Sequence record: MK327928.1
Reading direction: 5' to 3' (one strand)
Source of the DNA: Escherichia phage vB_EcoM_G2133
DNA: 64,000 bases
In this document: positions 21,913-40,248 of the stretch, one piece after another
Numbering within the stretch: position 1 is the stretch's first letter
Layout: each line of letters begins with the position of its first letter
Translations under genes and position numbers: made by a program
Notes under the pieces: model-generated
Database searches by the model: none
The model's input: only the letters and a program-made list of their open reading frames with translations
What the model was told of the DNA's origin: nothing

Positions 21913-22779
21913 ATGTTCATTCAAGAACCAAAGAAATTGATTGATACCGGCGAAATTGGTAACGCTTCTACTGGTGATATCTTATTCGACGGTGGTAATA
22001 AAATTAATAGTGATTTTAACGCAATTTATAACGCGTTTGGCGATCAACGTAAAATGGCAGTAGCAAATGGCACTGGAGCAGATGGTCAAATTATCCATGC
22101 TACTGGATATTATCAAAAACACTCTATTGCAGAGTATGCAACTCCAGTAAAAGTTGGCACTAGGCATGATATTGATACCTCTACTGTAGGTGTTAAAGTT
22201 ATCATTGAAAGAGGCGAACTTGGCGACTGCGTTGAATTTATTAACTCAAATGGATCAATATCAGTTACTAATCCTTTAACGATTCAAGCTATTGATTCAA
22301 TTAAAGGCGTTTCAGGTAATTTAGTAGTAACTAGTCCATATAGTAAAGTTACCTTACGTTGTATTTCATCTGATAATTCTACGTCGGTTTGGAATTATTC
22401 TATTGAAAGTATGTTTGGTCAAAAGGAATCACCTGCTGAAGGTACATGGAATATTTCTACATCTGGATCAGTTGACATTCCACTATTTCATCGCACTGAA
22501 TACAATATGGCTAAATTGCTAGTTACGTGCCAATCAGTAGATGGAAGAAAAATTAAAACAGCAGAAATAAATATTCTTGTGGATACTGTTAATTCAGAAG
22601 TTATTTCTTCTGAGTATGCTGTCATGCGAGTTGGAAATGAAACAGAAGAAGACGAAATCGCTAATATTGCATTTAGTATTAAAGAAAATTACGTAACGGC
22701 GACTATAAGTTCTTCAACTGTCGGTATGAGAGCAGCAGTTAAAGTTATCGCTACGCAGAAAATCGGGGTGGCTCAATAA
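21913..22779 (+). CDS. 9: baseplate wedge protein, long-tail-fibre socket
   Basis: 288 aa; synteny. Confidence 0.9.
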   Translation: MFIQEPKKLIDTGEIGNASTGDILFDGGNKINSDFNAIYNAFGDQRKMAVANGTGADGQIIHATGYYQKHSIAEYATPVKVGTRHDIDTSTVGVKVIIERGELGDCVEFINSNGSISVTNPLTIQAIDSIKGVSGNLVVTSPYSKVTLRCISSDNSTSVWNYSIESMFGQKESPAEGTWNISTSGSVDIPLFHRTEYNMAKLLVTCQSVDGRKIKTAEINILVDTVNSEVISSEYAVMRVGNETEEDEIANIAFSIKENYVTATISSSTVGMRAAVKVIATQKIGVAQ

Positions 22780-24584
22780 TGAAACAAAATATTAATATCG
22801 GTAATGTTGTAGATGATGGTACCGGTGACTACCTGCGTAAAGGTGGTATAAAAATAAATGAAAACTTTGATGAGCTTTATTATGAACTCGGTGATGGTAA
22901 TGTTCCATATTCAGCCGGTGCCTGGAAAACTTATAATGCTTCATCTGGGCAAACATTAAAAGCTGAATGGGGAAAATCATACGCTATTAATACTTCGTCT
23001 GGAAGAGTAACACTGCAACTTCCTAAAGGAACTGTTAATGATTATAATAAAGTAATTAGAGCTAGGGATGTATTTGCAACATGGAATGTTAATCCAGTTA
23101 CTTTAGTAGCCGCTTCTGGTGATACTATCAAAGGATCATCGTCATCGGTTGAAATTAACGTTCAATTTAGTGATTTAGAGCTAGTTTATTGCGCTCCGGG
23201 TCGTTGGGAATATGTCAAAAATAAACAAATTGACAAAATTATTAGTTCAGACATTAGCAATGTAGCTCGTAAAGAATTTTTAGTCGAAGTTCAAGGACAA
23301 ACAGACTTTTTAGATATTTTCCGTGGAACTAGTTATAATGTTAATAACATCAGAGTAAAACACCGCGGTAACGAATTGTATTACGGCGATGTTTTTAGCG
23401 AAAACAGTGACTTTGGCTCTCCAGGGGAAAATGAAGGAGAATTGGTTCCTCTTGATGGATTTAATATTAGATTAAGACAGCCTTGTAATATTGGTGACAC
23501 TGTTCAAATTGAAACATTTATGGATGGTGTATCGCAGTGGAGAAGTTCATACACAAGACGTCAAATAAAAGTATTAGATTCAAAATTAACATCAAAAACT
23601 TCTTTGGAAGGAAGTATTTACGTTACTGATTTATCGACAATGAAATCAATTCCATTCTCCGCATTTGGATTAATTCCAGGAGAACCTATTAATCCTAATT
23701 CTCTTGAAGTTCGTTTTAATGGAATTTTACAACAACAAGCTGGAACAGCCGGATATCCTCTGTTTTTATGTGAAGGCGCTAATTCAGATACACAAGAAGG
23801 ATGTATATCTCTTGGTGGTGAATGGAAAGAATCAAACACAGATTATTCTATAGAATATGAAGATGGAAAACCGATCAGTCTTTTATTTGATAGAAAATTT
23901 GAATCAGGTGATATAATCGTTATAACATGGTTCAATAATGATTTAGGAACTCTTTTGGAAAAAGATGACATCATTGAATTAACTGATGAACGCTATGTTA
24001 GCAAAGGATCATCTACTGAAGTTACTGGTGACGTAGCCTTAACTGATTTTGATAAAATCGGTTGGCCAAATGTTGAAAAAGTTGATTCTTATACTAGAAC
24101 ATATAATTCAATATCATCTATTTTCGATAGCATTTATCCCATTGGTTCAATTTATGAAAATGCTATAAACCCAAATAATCCGGTGACTTATATGGGATTT
24201 GGTTCATGGAAATTATTTGGTAAAGGACAAGTTTTAGTAGGATGGAATGATGATGTTACGGATCCAAACTTTGCATTAAATAACAATGATTTAGATTCTA
24301 GCGGAAATCCTTCGCATACTGCCGGTGGAACAGTTGGAACAACATCAGTGACACTTGAGAACGCAAATCTTCCTGCGACTAAAACTGATGAAAAAGTTTT
24401 AATTGAAGATGAAAACGGATCAGTTATTATTGGAGGTTGCCAATATGACCCAGATGAAACTGGTCCTATATATACAAAATATCGTGAAGACTACGCAACA
24501 ACAAACTCTTCACATACTCCTCCTGCTAATATTAGTAATATTCAACCGTCTATTACTGTATACCGTTGGATAAGGATTGCATAA
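22779..24584 (+). CDS. 10: baseplate wedge protein
   Basis: 601 aa; synteny. Confidence 0.9.
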   Translation: MKQNINIGNVVDDGTGDYLRKGGIKINENFDELYYELGDGNVPYSAGAWKTYNASSGQTLKAEWGKSYAINTSSGRVTLQLPKGTVNDYNKVIRARDVFATWNVNPVTLVAASGDTIKGSSSSVEINVQFSDLELVYCAPGRWEYVKNKQIDKIISSDISNVARKEFLVEVQGQTDFLDIFRGTSYNVNNIRVKHRGNELYYGDVFSENSDFGSPGENEGELVPLDGFNIRLRQPCNIGDTVQIETFMDGVSQWRSSYTRRQIKVLDSKLTSKTSLEGSIYVTDLSTMKSIPFSAFGLIPGEPINPNSLEVRFNGILQQQAGTAGYPLFLCEGANSDTQEGCISLGGEWKESNTDYSIEYEDGKPISLLFDRKFESGDIIVITWFNNDLGTLLEKDDIIELTDERYVSKGSSTEVTGDVALTDFDKIGWPNVEKVDSYTRTYNSISSIFDSIYPIGSIYENAINPNNPVTYMGFGSWKLFGKGQVLVGWNDDVTDPNFALNNNDLDSSGNPSHTAGGTVGTTSVTLENANLPATKTDEKVLIEDENGSVIIGGCQYDPDETGPIYTKYREDYATTNSSHTPPANISNIQPSITVYRWIRIA

Positions 24585-25243
24585 TGAGTTTACTTAATAA
24601 TAAAGCGGGAGTTATTTCCCGCTTAGCAGATTTTCTTGGTTTTAGAACTAAGAAAAATGATATTTCGGTTATGAATAATCAGCCGGTAGGTGCTGTAACA
24701 ATTTCACAAATAGCAAAAGGTTTTTATGACCCAAATGTAGAATCTGCTATCAATGATGTTAGAAATATGGCAGAGCAACAGGTTGGAGCTGTATTAGTTA
24801 ATATAAGTGGCGTATCTCCTACTGGCGTGCAACAAACCGACTATTGGTCATTTGAAGGAACTGTTACTGATACTTCAGCTAAACCAGGTGACCCAGTTAT
24901 TGTTAATATGTTTGGCATTCCTGTTAAAGCTACTAATGGAATGACTTCAATCGAATTTACCAGTGCCGTTAGAACAGCTCTGCAGGAAATGGTTGCAAAA
25001 TTTATCGCAATTGATTCATTTGAAGACCATCCTACCATAGGAAATAAAATACAAGTTAAGTATTTAGATAACCAAGAACATATCTTAGAACAATACTCTG
25101 ATAAAGGAATTACTTTCAAACAGGAAATAATTTCTCCTTCTAAACCTGGGTATGGAACTTGGCAATTATTAGGTGCGCAAACTGTTACGCTAGATAGTCA
25201 CACCCAACCTACAGTATTTTATTATTTTGAGAGAATAGCATGA
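24584..25243 (+). CDS. 11: baseplate wedge protein, short-tail-fibre attachment
   Basis: Start at [20 protein letters not shown] (T4 gp11 N-terminus), overlapping the gene 10 stop. Confidence 0.9.
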   Translation: MSLLNNKAGVISRLADFLGFRTKKNDISVMNNQPVGAVTISQIAKGFYDPNVESAINDVRNMAEQQVGAVLVNISGVSPTGVQQTDYWSFEGTVTDTSAKPGDPVIVNMFGIPVKATNGMTSIEFTSAVRTALQEMVAKFIAIDSFEDHPTIGNKIQVKYLDNQEHILEQYSDKGITFKQEIISPSKPGYGTWQLLGAQTVTLDSHTQPTVFYYFERIA

Positions 25244-26790
25244 GTAACAATACATATCAGCACGTATCAAATGAATCAAAATACGTTAAATTCGATCCTG
25301 CAGGATCGAATTTTCCTGACACTGTCACGACAGTGCAGTCAGCATTATCAAAAATAAGTAATATCGGCGTAAATGGTATTCCTGATGCAACTATGGAAGT
25401 TAAAGGAATAGCAATGATTGCATCGGAGCAAGAGGTTTTAGATGGAACTAATAATTCTAAAATCGTTACACCAGCTACATTAGCAACAAGATTATTGTAT
25501 CCAAATGCTACTGAAACTAAATATGGATTAACGCGCTATTCAACAAATGAAGAAACTTTAGAAGGCTCAGATAATAATTCATCAATAACGCCGCAAAAAC
25601 TGAAATACCATACTGACGATGTATTCCAAAATAGGTATTCATCTGAATCATCAAATGGAGTTATTAAAATATCATCTACTCCTGCGGCTTTGGCTGGTAT
25701 AGATGATACTACGGCGATGACTCCGTTGAAAACCCAAAAACTCGCAATAAAATTAATTTCGCAAATAGCTCCTTCAGAAGACACAGCATCAGAATCTGTT
25801 AGAGGTGTAGTTCAGTTATCAACTGTCGCTCAAACTCGTCAAGGAACTCTCCGCGAAGGATATGCAATTTCTCCGTATACCTTTATGAATTCTGTTGCAA
25901 CACAAGAATATAAGGGTGTTATACGTTTAGGAACACAATCAGAAATTAACAGTAATTTGGGAGATGTTGCAGTAACAGGTGAAACATTAAATGGTCGAGG
26001 AGCTACCGGTTCTATGCGTGGGGTAGTAAAATTAACGACGCAAGCCGGTATTGCCCCTGAAGGTGATAGCTCTGGAGCATTAGCATGGAACGCAGATGTA
26101 ATTAATACTCGCGGTGGACAAACTATTAATGGTTCTTTAAATTTAGATCATTTAACAGCAAATGGAATTTGGTCGCGCGGCGGAATGTGGAAAAATGGCG
26201 ATCAACCTGTTGCCACTGAAAGATATGCGTCCGAAAGGGTTCCAGTTGGAACTATTATGATGTTTGCTGGAGATTCAGCTCCTCCTGGTTGGATTATGTG
26301 TCATGGTGGAACTGTGTCAGGAGATCAATATCCTGATTATAGAAACACAGTTGGAACAAGATTTGGTGGGGATTGGAATAATCCAGGGATTCCTGATATG
26401 CGAGGTCTTTTCGTCAGAGGAGCGGGCACAGGTGGTCATATTTTAAATCAACGAGGACAAGATGGTTATGGGAAGGATAGACTTGGTGTAGGATGTGATG
26501 GAATGCATGTTGGTGGTGTTCAAGCGCAACAAATGTCATACCATAAACACGCTGGTGGTTGGGGAGAACATAACAGAAGTGAAGGTCCATTTGGCGCGTC
26601 TGTTTATCAAGGATATCTTGGAACTAGAAAATATGCCGACTGGGATAACGCTTCATACTTCACCAATGATGGATTTGAATTAGGTGGACCGAGAGATGCC
26701 CTTGGTACACTTAATCGTGAAGGATTAATTGGTTATGAAACTAGACCATGGAATATATCATTAAACTATATTATTAAAATTCATTACTAA
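25240..26790 (+). CDS. 12: short tail fibre
   Basis: 516 aa; synteny. Confidence 0.9.
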   Translation: MSNNTYQHVSNESKYVKFDPAGSNFPDTVTTVQSALSKISNIGVNGIPDATMEVKGIAMIASEQEVLDGTNNSKIVTPATLATRLLYPNATETKYGLTRYSTNEETLEGSDNNSSITPQKLKYHTDDVFQNRYSSESSNGVIKISSTPAALAGIDDTTAMTPLKTQKLAIKLISQIAPSEDTASESVRGVVQLSTVAQTRQGTLREGYAISPYTFMNSVATQEYKGVIRLGTQSEINSNLGDVAVTGETLNGRGATGSMRGVVKLTTQAGIAPEGDSSGALAWNADVINTRGGQTINGSLNLDHLTANGIWSRGGMWKNGDQPVATERYASERVPVGTIMMFAGDSAPPGWIMCHGGTVSGDQYPDYRNTVGTRFGGDWNNPGIPDMRGLFVRGAGTGGHILNQRGQDGYGKDRLGVGCDGMHVGGVQAQQMSYHKHAGGWGEHNRSEGPFGASVYQGYLGTRKYADWDNASYFTNDGFELGGPRDALGTLNREGLIGYETRPWNISLNYIIKIHY

Positions 26791-26799
26791 GGATTACAA

Positions 26800-28257
26800 A
26801 TGATTGAATTAAAAGATTTACCTTTTGTTGATAGCGTTCCTGGCGAAGGTCAGGAACGTATTTCATGGATTAAAAATGGTGAAGAAATACTAGGAGCTAG
26901 TACTAAGTATGGAAACGATGGATCAATGAATAGACCAACTGTTTCCGTGTTTAAAAATGTCGAAGTTCTTGATGAAAATGTGGGAATTCTTAAAACTGCC
27001 GTTGAAACATCGCAGGAAGATATTAAAACAATTCAAGGCATTTTAGATGTATCAGGAGATATAGAAGCACTATCGCAGATCAGCGTTAATAAAAATGATA
27101 TATCAAATTTAAAGACACTCACAAATGAACACACTGATATATTAAATGGTACAAATACCACAGTTGACCGCATTCTTTCTGATATAGGTCCATTTAATGA
27201 GCAAGCAAATTCAGTTTATAGAACGATTAGAAATGATTTGCTGTGGATTAAAAGGGAATTAGGGCAATATGCTGGGCAAGATATTAATGGTCTTCCTGTT
27301 GTAGGAAATAACAGCACGGGAATGAAGCACCGCATCATTAATAATACAGATGCTATAACTTCCCAAGGAATACGTCTAAGTGATTTGGAAGAAAAATTTA
27401 TTGAATCTGATGTAGGTTCGCTTACAATCGAAGTAGGAAATCTTAGACAGGAATTAGGACAAAGACCATCTTCATTTAGTGAAAGCATATATTCACGTGT
27501 GCATAATTTAGATCAAGCACAAATTGATCTAAATTCTGAAATTAAATTTATAAAAACTTCTATTGGATATCCAGGAAATACTTCTATAATCACAGATGTC
27601 AATGTCAATAGTCAAGAAATTTCAGCTTTAAATGATGAACTAAATAAAAGCGGAGGTGTTAAACAACGATTAACTATTATCGAAACATCGATTGGTTCAG
27701 ATGATATTCCTTCTAGTATTAAAGGTCGAATTAAAGATAATACTACTTCTATTGAATCTTTAAATGGAATTGTAGGTGAAAACACCTCGTCTGGTTTAAG
27801 AGCCAATGTTTCATGGTTAAACCAAATTGTTGGAACTGATTCTAGCGGTGGACAACCTTCTCCTCCTGGGTCTCTTTTAAATAGAATTTCAACAGTTGAA
27901 ACTTCCGTTAATAGATTGAACAATGATGTTCAAAACTTACAAGTTGAAATTGGTAATAACAATTCCGGAATTAAAGGACAAGTTGTAGCATTAAATAAAT
28001 TAGTAAATGGAACAAATCCAAATGGTTCAACTGTCGAAGAACGCGGATTGACTAATTCAATAAAAGCTAATGAGACTAACATTGCTTCAATTAATCAAGA
28101 GATTCGTAGCATTAAAAGCGATGTATCTTCATTACAAAGGGATGTCCAGACTTTACAGGAAGCCGGTTATATTCCTGAAGCTCCAAGAGATGGGCAAGCT
28201 TACGTTCGTAAAGACGGCGAATGGGTATTGCTTTCTACCTTTTTATCACCAGCATAA
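26800..28257 (+). CDS. wac: fibritin (whisker) with C-terminal foldon
   Basis: Coiled-coil body and C-terminal [27 protein letters not shown], the T4 fibritin foldon. Confidence 0.97.
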   Translation: MIELKDLPFVDSVPGEGQERISWIKNGEEILGASTKYGNDGSMNRPTVSVFKNVEVLDENVGILKTAVETSQEDIKTIQGILDVSGDIEALSQISVNKNDISNLKTLTNEHTDILNGTNTTVDRILSDIGPFNEQANSVYRTIRNDLLWIKRELGQYAGQDINGLPVVGNNSTGMKHRIINNTDAITSQGIRLSDLEEKFIESDVGSLTIEVGNLRQELGQRPSSFSESIYSRVHNLDQAQIDLNSEIKFIKTSIGYPGNTSIITDVNVNSQEISALNDELNKSGGVKQRLTIIETSIGSDDIPSSIKGRIKDNTTSIESLNGIVGENTSSGLRANVSWLNQIVGTDSSGGQPSPPGSLLNRISTVETSVNRLNNDVQNLQVEIGNNNSGIKGQVVALNKLVNGTNPNGSTVEERGLTNSIKANETNIASINQEIRSIKSDVSSLQRDVQTLQEAGYIPEAPRDGQAYVRKDGEWVLLSTFLSPA

Positions 28258-28260
28258 CAT

Positions 28261-28276
28261 GGGGCCGCAAGGCCCC
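28261..28276 (+). terminator. hairpin after wac (possible terminator)
   Basis: ggggccgcaaggcccc stem-loop; weak U-tract. Confidence 0.35.
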
Positions 28277-28288
28277 AAAGGATTTTAA

Positions 28289-29990
<1,702 letters not shown>

Positions 29991-30031
29991 TAAATATTAT
30001 AAACTAATTAAAGCCCAGATTAGGAGAAATC

Positions 30032-33173
<3,142 letters not shown>

Positions 33174-33200
33174 ATTAAAGCATATTAAAGAGGATTAAAA

Positions 33201-35180
33201 ATGACTTTATTATCTCCGGGCATTGAGCTCAAAGAAACTACGGTTCAAAGCACCGTGGTTAATAACTCTACTGGTACAGCAGCTTTGGCCGGTAAATTCC
33301 AGTGGGGTCCTGCTTTTCAGATTAAACAGGTTACAAATGAAGTAGATTTAGTTAATACTTTTGGTCAACCAACCGCTGAAACTGCTGACTATTTTATGTC
33401 TGCGATGAATTTCTTGCAGTACGGAAATGACTTACGAGTAGTTCGTGCTGTTGATAGAGATACCGCTAAAAACTCATCGCCAATTGCTGGTAATATTGAA
33501 TACACAATTTCTACCCCAGGTAGTAACTACGCGGTTGGAGATAAAATCACGGTCAAATATGTTTCAGATGATATTGAAACTGAAGGTAAAATTACTGAAG
33601 TAGACGCAGATGGAAAAATTAAGAAAATTAATATTCCTACTGCAAAAATTATCGCTAAAGCGAAAGAAGTCGGTGAATATCCAGCACTAGGTTCTAACTG
33701 GACTGCGGAAATTTCTTCGTCTTCCTCTGGTTTAGCTGCAGTAATAACTCTTGGAAAAATTATTACTGATTCTGGTATTTTATTAGCTGAAATTGAAAAT
33801 GCTGAAGCTGCTATGACAGCGGTTGACTTTCAAGCAAGTCTCGAAAAATACGGAATTCCAGGAGTAGTAGCTCTTTATCCAGGCGAATTAGGCGATAAAA
33901 TTGAAATTGAAATCGTATCTAAAGCTGACTACGCAAAAGGGGCTTCTGCATTACTCCCAATTTATCCGGGCGGTGGTACTCGCGCATCTACTGCTAAAGC
34001 AGTGTTTGGATATGGACCACAAACTGATTCACAGTACGCTATTATAGTTCGTCGTAATGATGCTATTGTTCAAAGCGTTGTTCTTTCGACTAAGCGTGGT
34101 GAAAAAGATATTTACGATAGTAACATCTATATCGATGACTTTTTCGCAAAAGGCGGCTCAGAATATATTTTTGCAACTGCACAAAACTGGCCAGAAGGCT
34201 TCTCTGGAATTTTAACTCTGTCTGGTGGATTATCATCAAATGCTGAAGTAACAGCAGGAGATTTGATGGAAGCTTGGGACTTCTTTGCTGACCGTGAATC
34301 TGTTGACGTTCAACTGTTTATTGCGGGTTCTTGTGCCGGTGAATCTTTAGAAACAGCATCTACTGTCCAAAAACACGTCGTTTCAATTGGGGATGCTCGC
34401 CAAGATTGCTTAGTATTGTGCTCACCGCCGCGCGAAACTGTAGTTGGAATTCCTGTAACTCGCGCTGTTGATAACTTAGTCAATTGGAGAACTGCAGCAG
34501 GTTCATACACTGATAATAACTTTAATATCAGTTCAACCTATGCAGCAATTGATGGTAACTATAAGTATCAGTATGACAAATATAATGATGTGAATCGTTG
34601 GGTTCCATTAGCAGCTGATATTGCTGGTTTATGCGCAAGAACTGATAACGTATCTCAGACTTGGATGTCTCCAGCTGGTTATAATCGTGGTCAGATTCTT
34701 AACGTTATTAAACTGGCTATTGAAACTCGCCAGGCTCAGCGCGACCGTTTATACCAAGAAGCTATCAACCCAGTAACTGGTACAGGTGGTGATGGTTACG
34801 TATTGTATGGTGATAAAACAGCTACTTCTGTTCCTTCTCCATTTGATCGTATTAACGTTCGTCGTCTGTTTAATATGTTGAAAACTAATATCGGACGTAG
34901 TTCAAAATATCGTTTGTTCGAATTAAACAACGCGTTTACTCGTTCATCATTCCGCACAGAAACTGCCCAGTACTTGCAGGGAATTAAAGCTCTCGGTGGA
35001 ATTTATGAATATCGTGTAGTTTGCGATACAACAAATAATACTCCGTCAGTAATTGATAGAAATGAGTTTGTTGCAACATTCTACATCCAACCGGCTCGTA
35101 GTATAAATTATATCCAACTTAATTTCGTCGCAACTGCTACTGGTGCAGATTTTGATGAGTTAACTGGTCTTGCAGGTTAA
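33201..35180 (+). CDS. 18: tail sheath protein
   Basis: 659 aa; synteny. Confidence 0.95.
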   Translation: MTLLSPGIELKETTVQSTVVNNSTGTAALAGKFQWGPAFQIKQVTNEVDLVNTFGQPTAETADYFMSAMNFLQYGNDLRVVRAVDRDTAKNSSPIAGNIEYTISTPGSNYAVGDKITVKYVSDDIETEGKITEVDADGKIKKINIPTAKIIAKAKEVGEYPALGSNWTAEISSSSSGLAAVITLGKIITDSGILLAEIENAEAAMTAVDFQASLEKYGIPGVVALYPGELGDKIEIEIVSKADYAKGASALLPIYPGGGTRASTAKAVFGYGPQTDSQYAIIVRRNDAIVQSVVLSTKRGEKDIYDSNIYIDDFFAKGGSEYIFATAQNWPEGFSGILTLSGGLSSNAEVTAGDLMEAWDFFADRESVDVQLFIAGSCAGESLETASTVQKHVVSIGDARQDCLVLCSPPRETVVGIPVTRAVDNLVNWRTAAGSYTDNNFNISSTYAAIDGNYKYQYDKYNDVNRWVPLAADIAGLCARTDNVSQTWMSPAGYNRGQILNVIKLAIETRQAQRDRLYQEAINPVTGTGGDGYVLYGDKTATSVPSPFDRINVRRLFNMLKTNIGRSSKYRLFELNNAFTRSSFRTETAQYLQGIKALGGIYEYRVVCDTTNNTPSVIDRNEFVATFYIQPARSINYIQLNFVATATGADFDELTGLAG

Positions 35181-35825
35181 TTGATTATGGGGCTTCGGCC
35201 CCTATTCTCGAGGAAACAAGTGATTATTTCTAAGTTTGTTACAATAAAACCAAGAAATCATTCAAAAATGTGGTCGACAATTCTGGGATATAAAGTATCA
35301 TATCATGATACAGTATCTGTTCCAATAGAATTAATGCCAAAGAATAGTAATAAAATAGTTGACGCTAAATGTGATTTGTGTGGTATTAAATTTAGTAGAA
35401 GCATTCAGCTTTTAAATAGAACACCCACGCATGCATGTAGAAAATGTAGCATTAAACAAGTTGCTATTAAAAATTCGGAAGTTCAATCTGGAATAAGTAG
35501 ACCATGGCAAAGAGGTGATAAACATCCTCGATGGACTGGTAAAAGAAAAGAGTTTGCATTATATGCTAGTAGAGTTCATTCTATAACTAAGTCAGCTAAA
35601 ATAAGAAAAATCTGGTCAAAATGGCCAAATGCTGATAAAATAGGAGTGTGTGGTGTAGAAGGTGCTTACCAACTTGATCATAAGGTATCTATCAAATATG
35701 GATTTGATAATTTAATTCCGCCGGAAATTATAGCAAGCGTAAAAAATTTAGAAATAATCACTTGGGAATCTAACCGAGAAAAGTCAAAAAGAAATAGCGT
35801 AGATCTTTGGGATTTACTAGAATGA
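35181..35825 (+). CDS. HNH-like homing endonuclease inserted between genes 18 and 19
   Basis: C-terminal HNH-like motif (YQLDHKVSIKYGFDNL...NLEIITWESNREK) plus CxxC...CxxC pairs; true start is probably the ATG at 35268, after the hairpin. Confidence 0.5.
   Translation: MIMGLRPLFSRKQVIISKFVTIKPRNHSKMWSTILGYKVSYHDTVSVPIELMPKNSNKIVDAKCDLCGIKFSRSIQLLNRTPTHACRKCSIKQVAIKNSEVQSGISRPWQRGDKHPRWTGKRKEFALYASRVHSITKSAKIRKIWSKWPNADKIGVCGVEGAYQLDHKVSIKYGFDNLIPPEIIASVKNLEIITWESNREKSKRNSVDLWDLLE
35190..35203 (+). terminator. UUCG-tetraloop hairpin after gene 18
   Basis: ggggcttcggcccc directly after the gene 18 stop; weak U-tract. Confidence 0.4.
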
Positions 35826-35910
35826 TTCTAAAGGCCTGTTTCGGCAGGCCATATAAATACACTATATCCTTAATTCTTTAATTCTATATGCCCTAGGTTA
35901 AACATAGGGA

Positions 35911-35918
35911 TATAAATA
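35911..35918 (+). promoter_or_regulatory. late promoter (TATAAATA) for gene 19
   Basis: Exact TATAAATA about 15 nt upstream of the gene 19 ATG. Confidence 0.6.
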
Positions 35919-35932
35919 CTACAGAGGCTAAT

Positions 35933-36424
35933 ATGTTTGTAGATGATGTAACACGAGCGTTTGAATCTGGTGATTTTGCTCGACCTAACTTATTCCAAGT
36001 AGAAATTTCTTATCTTGGACAAAATTTTACGTTTCAATGTAAAGCCACTGCTTTACCAGCTGGTATTGTAGAAAAAATTCCAGTCGGATTTATGAACCGT
36101 AAAATTAACGTAGCAGGCGATCGTACATTCGATGACTGGACTGTTACAGTAATGAACGATGAAGCTCATGATGCTCGCCAGAAGTTCGTTGATTGGCAAA
36201 GCATTGCTGCGGGGCAAGGAAACGAAATTACTGGTGGAAAACCTGCAGAGTATAAAAAGAGCGCTATCGTTCGTCAATATGCTCGTGACGCTAAAACAGT
36301 AACAAAAGAAATTGAAATTAAAGGTCTGTGGCCTACTAACGTGGGTGAACTTCAATTAGATTGGGATTCAAACAATGAAATCCAAACATTTGAAGTAACT
36401 CTTGCTCTCGATTATTGGGAATAA
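35933..36424 (+). CDS. 19: tail tube protein
   Basis: 163 aa; synteny after the sheath gene. Confidence 0.9.
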   Translation: MFVDDVTRAFESGDFARPNLFQVEISYLGQNFTFQCKATALPAGIVEKIPVGFMNRKINVAGDRTFDDWTVTVMNDEAHDARQKFVDWQSIAAGQGNEITGGKPAEYKKSAIVRQYARDAKTVTKEIEIKGLWPTNVGELQLDWDSNNEIQTFEVTLALDYWE

Positions 36425-36431
36425 AATGAAT

Positions 36432-36445
36432 GGGGAGAAATCCCC
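36432..36445 (+). terminator. hairpin after gene 19 (possible terminator)
   Basis: ggggagaaatcccc stem-loop; weak U-tract. Confidence 0.3.
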
Positions 36446-36456
36446 ATCCTGCTTAA

Positions 36457-38081
<1,625 letters not shown>

Positions 38082-38082
<1 letters not shown>

Positions 38083-38327
38083 TGGAAGGTTTAATTGAAG
38101 CTATTAAATCAAACGACCTCGTAGCCGCTCGTAAATTATTTGCTGAAGCCATGGCTGCAAGAACGATTGATTTAATTAAAGAAGAAAAAATCGCTATCGC
38201 TCGTAATTTCTTAATCGAAGGTGAAGAACCTGAAGACGAGGATGAAGATGAAGATGATGACGAAGATAGCGATGATAAAGACGACAAAAAAGACAAAGAC
38301 TCTGACGAAGACGAGGATGATGAATAA
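38082..38327 (+). CDS. 67: prohead core protein with acidic C-terminal tail
   Basis: Small ORF ending in a D/E-rich tail ([31 protein letters not shown]); position between 20 and 68. Confidence 0.8.
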
Positions 38328-38752
38328 TGCTTCTGATCCCTGAAACTCATGAATTAGTTCTCGAGAATGTCGAAGCACTTATTCCTGAAGCACAGGGTCG
38401 CTTTGACGAATTGTCTTCTGCTTTAAATAAAGACGATATAAATACAATTGTCGAGAATATGCTTGATGATGAAACTGATTTAGCGGTTGCATTAGCTTCT
38501 ATTAATGAAAATATGCCGTTAAATGAATTCATCGTTAAACATGTTTCCGCCCGTGGTGAAATTACTCGCACTAAAGACCGCAAAACGCGTGAACGTAATG
38601 CATTTCAAACCACTGGACTGTCTAAAGCAAAACGTAGACAAATTGCTCGTAAAGCTACCAAAACGAAGATTGCCAATCCAGCAGGTCAATCTCGTGCTCA
38701 GCGTAAGCGTAAAAAAGCTCTTAAACGCCGTAAAGCATTAGGATTAAGCTAA
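38327..38752 (+). CDS. 68: prohead core protein
   Basis: Synteny; basic C-terminus. Confidence 0.8.
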
Positions 38753-39390
38753 TGAATGAACCCCAATTACTAATTGAAACTTGGGGTCAACCTGGCGAAA
38801 TTATTGATGGCGTACCAATGCTTGAATCTCATGATGGAAAAGACTTAGGTTTAAAACCGGGTTTATACATCGAAGGAATATTCATGCAAGCGGAAGTTGT
38901 CAATAGAAATAAACGTCTTTATCCAAAACGTATATTAGAAAAAGCGGTAAAAGACTATATTAATGAGCAAGTTTTAACTAAACAAGCTCTCGGAGAATTA
39001 AATCATCCTCCACGCGCTAATGTTGACCCAATGCAAGCCGCTATCATTATAGAAGATATGTGGTGGAAAGGAAATGACGTATACGGACGAGCTCGTGTTA
39101 TTGAAGGTGACCATGGTCCTGGAGATAAATTAGCAGCTAATATTCGTGCCGGATGGATTCCAGGAGTTTCTTCTCGTGGATTAGGTTCATTGACTGACAC
39201 AAATAAAGGTTATCGTATCGTAAACGAAGGATTCAAATTAACTGTAGGTGTTGATGCAGTATGGGGTCCAAGTGCTCCAGATGCATGGGTAACTCCTAAG
39301 GAAATTACCGAATCACAGACGGCGGAAGCCGATACAAGTGCCGATGACGCCTATATGGCTCTCGCAGAGGCCATGAAAAAAGCGTTATAA
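38752..39390 (+). CDS. 21: prohead core protease
   Basis: 212 aa; synteny upstream of 22 and 23. Confidence 0.9.
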   Translation: MNEPQLLIETWGQPGEIIDGVPMLESHDGKDLGLKPGLYIEGIFMQAEVVNRNKRLYPKRILEKAVKDYINEQVLTKQALGELNHPPRANVDPMQAAIIIEDMWWKGNDVYGRARVIEGDHGPGDKLAANIRAGWIPGVSSRGLGSLTDTNKGYRIVNEGFKLTVGVDAVWGPSAPDAWVTPKEITESQTAEADTSADDAYMALAEAMKKAL

Positions 39391-39420
39391 ATATTATTAT
39401 CTAAACAACAGGACTACAAA

Positions 39421-40230
39421 ATGCTTAAAGAACAACTGATTGCCGAAGCGCAGAAAATTGATGCTTCCGTTGCTCTTGATAGTATTTTCGAATCAGTTAA
39501 TATTTCTCCGGAAGCAAAAGAAACTTTCGGCACTGTATTCGAAGCTACCGTCAAGCAGCACGCCGTTAAATTAGCTGAATCTCATATCGCTAAAATTGCT
39601 GAAAAAGCAGAAGAAGAAGTAGAAAAAAATAAAGAAGAAGCCGAAGAAAAAGCTGAGAAGAAAATCGCTGAGCAAGCTTCTAAATTCATTGACCATCTTG
39701 CAAAAGAATGGCTCGCTGAAAATAAATTAGCAGTTGATAAAGGCATCAAAGCCGAACTGTTTGAATCCATGCTTGGTGGATTAAAAGAGCTCTTTGTTGA
39801 ACACAACGTTGTTGTTCCAGAAGAATCAGTTGATGTTGTAGCTGAAATGGAAGAAGAGCTGCAAGAACATAAAGAAGAATCAGCTCGTCTGTTCGAAGAA
39901 CTCAATAAGCGTGACGCATATATCAATTATGTGCAGCGTGAAGTGGCATTGAGCGAAAGTACTAAAGATCTGACTGAGTCTCAAAAAGAAAAAGTCTCTG
40001 CTCTGGTCGAAGGTATGGATTATTCAGATGCATTCTCAAGTAAATTGAGTGCAATCGTAGAAATGGTGAAGAAATCTAATAAAGATGAAAGCACTATTAC
40101 TGAGAGTATAAATACTCCTGATACTGAAGCAGCCGGACTGAATTTCGTCACTGAAGCTGTAGAAGATAAAGCTGCACAAGGTGCAGAAGATATTGTAAGT
40201 GTATATGCGAAAGTCGCATCTCGTTTCTAA
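39421..40230 (+). CDS. 22: prohead core scaffold protein
   Basis: Acidic coiled-coil 269-aa protein; synteny. Confidence 0.9.
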   Translation: MLKEQLIAEAQKIDASVALDSIFESVNISPEAKETFGTVFEATVKQHAVKLAESHIAKIAEKAEEEVEKNKEEAEEKAEKKIAEQASKFIDHLAKEWLAENKLAVDKGIKAELFESMLGGLKELFVEHNVVVPEESVDVVAEMEEELQEHKEESARLFEELNKRDAYINYVQREVALSESTKDLTESQKEKVSALVEGMDYSDAFSSKLSAIVEMVKKSNKDESTITESINTPDTEAAGLNFVTEAVEDKAAQGAEDIVSVYAKVASRF

Positions 40231-40248
40231 TTTTAAAGGTTAACACAA

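Noticed and set aside
39582-39926. Minus-strand 114-aa Ser/Ala-rich ORF inside gene 22
   Set aside because: Antisense of the acidic coiled-coil scaffold gene; no start context.
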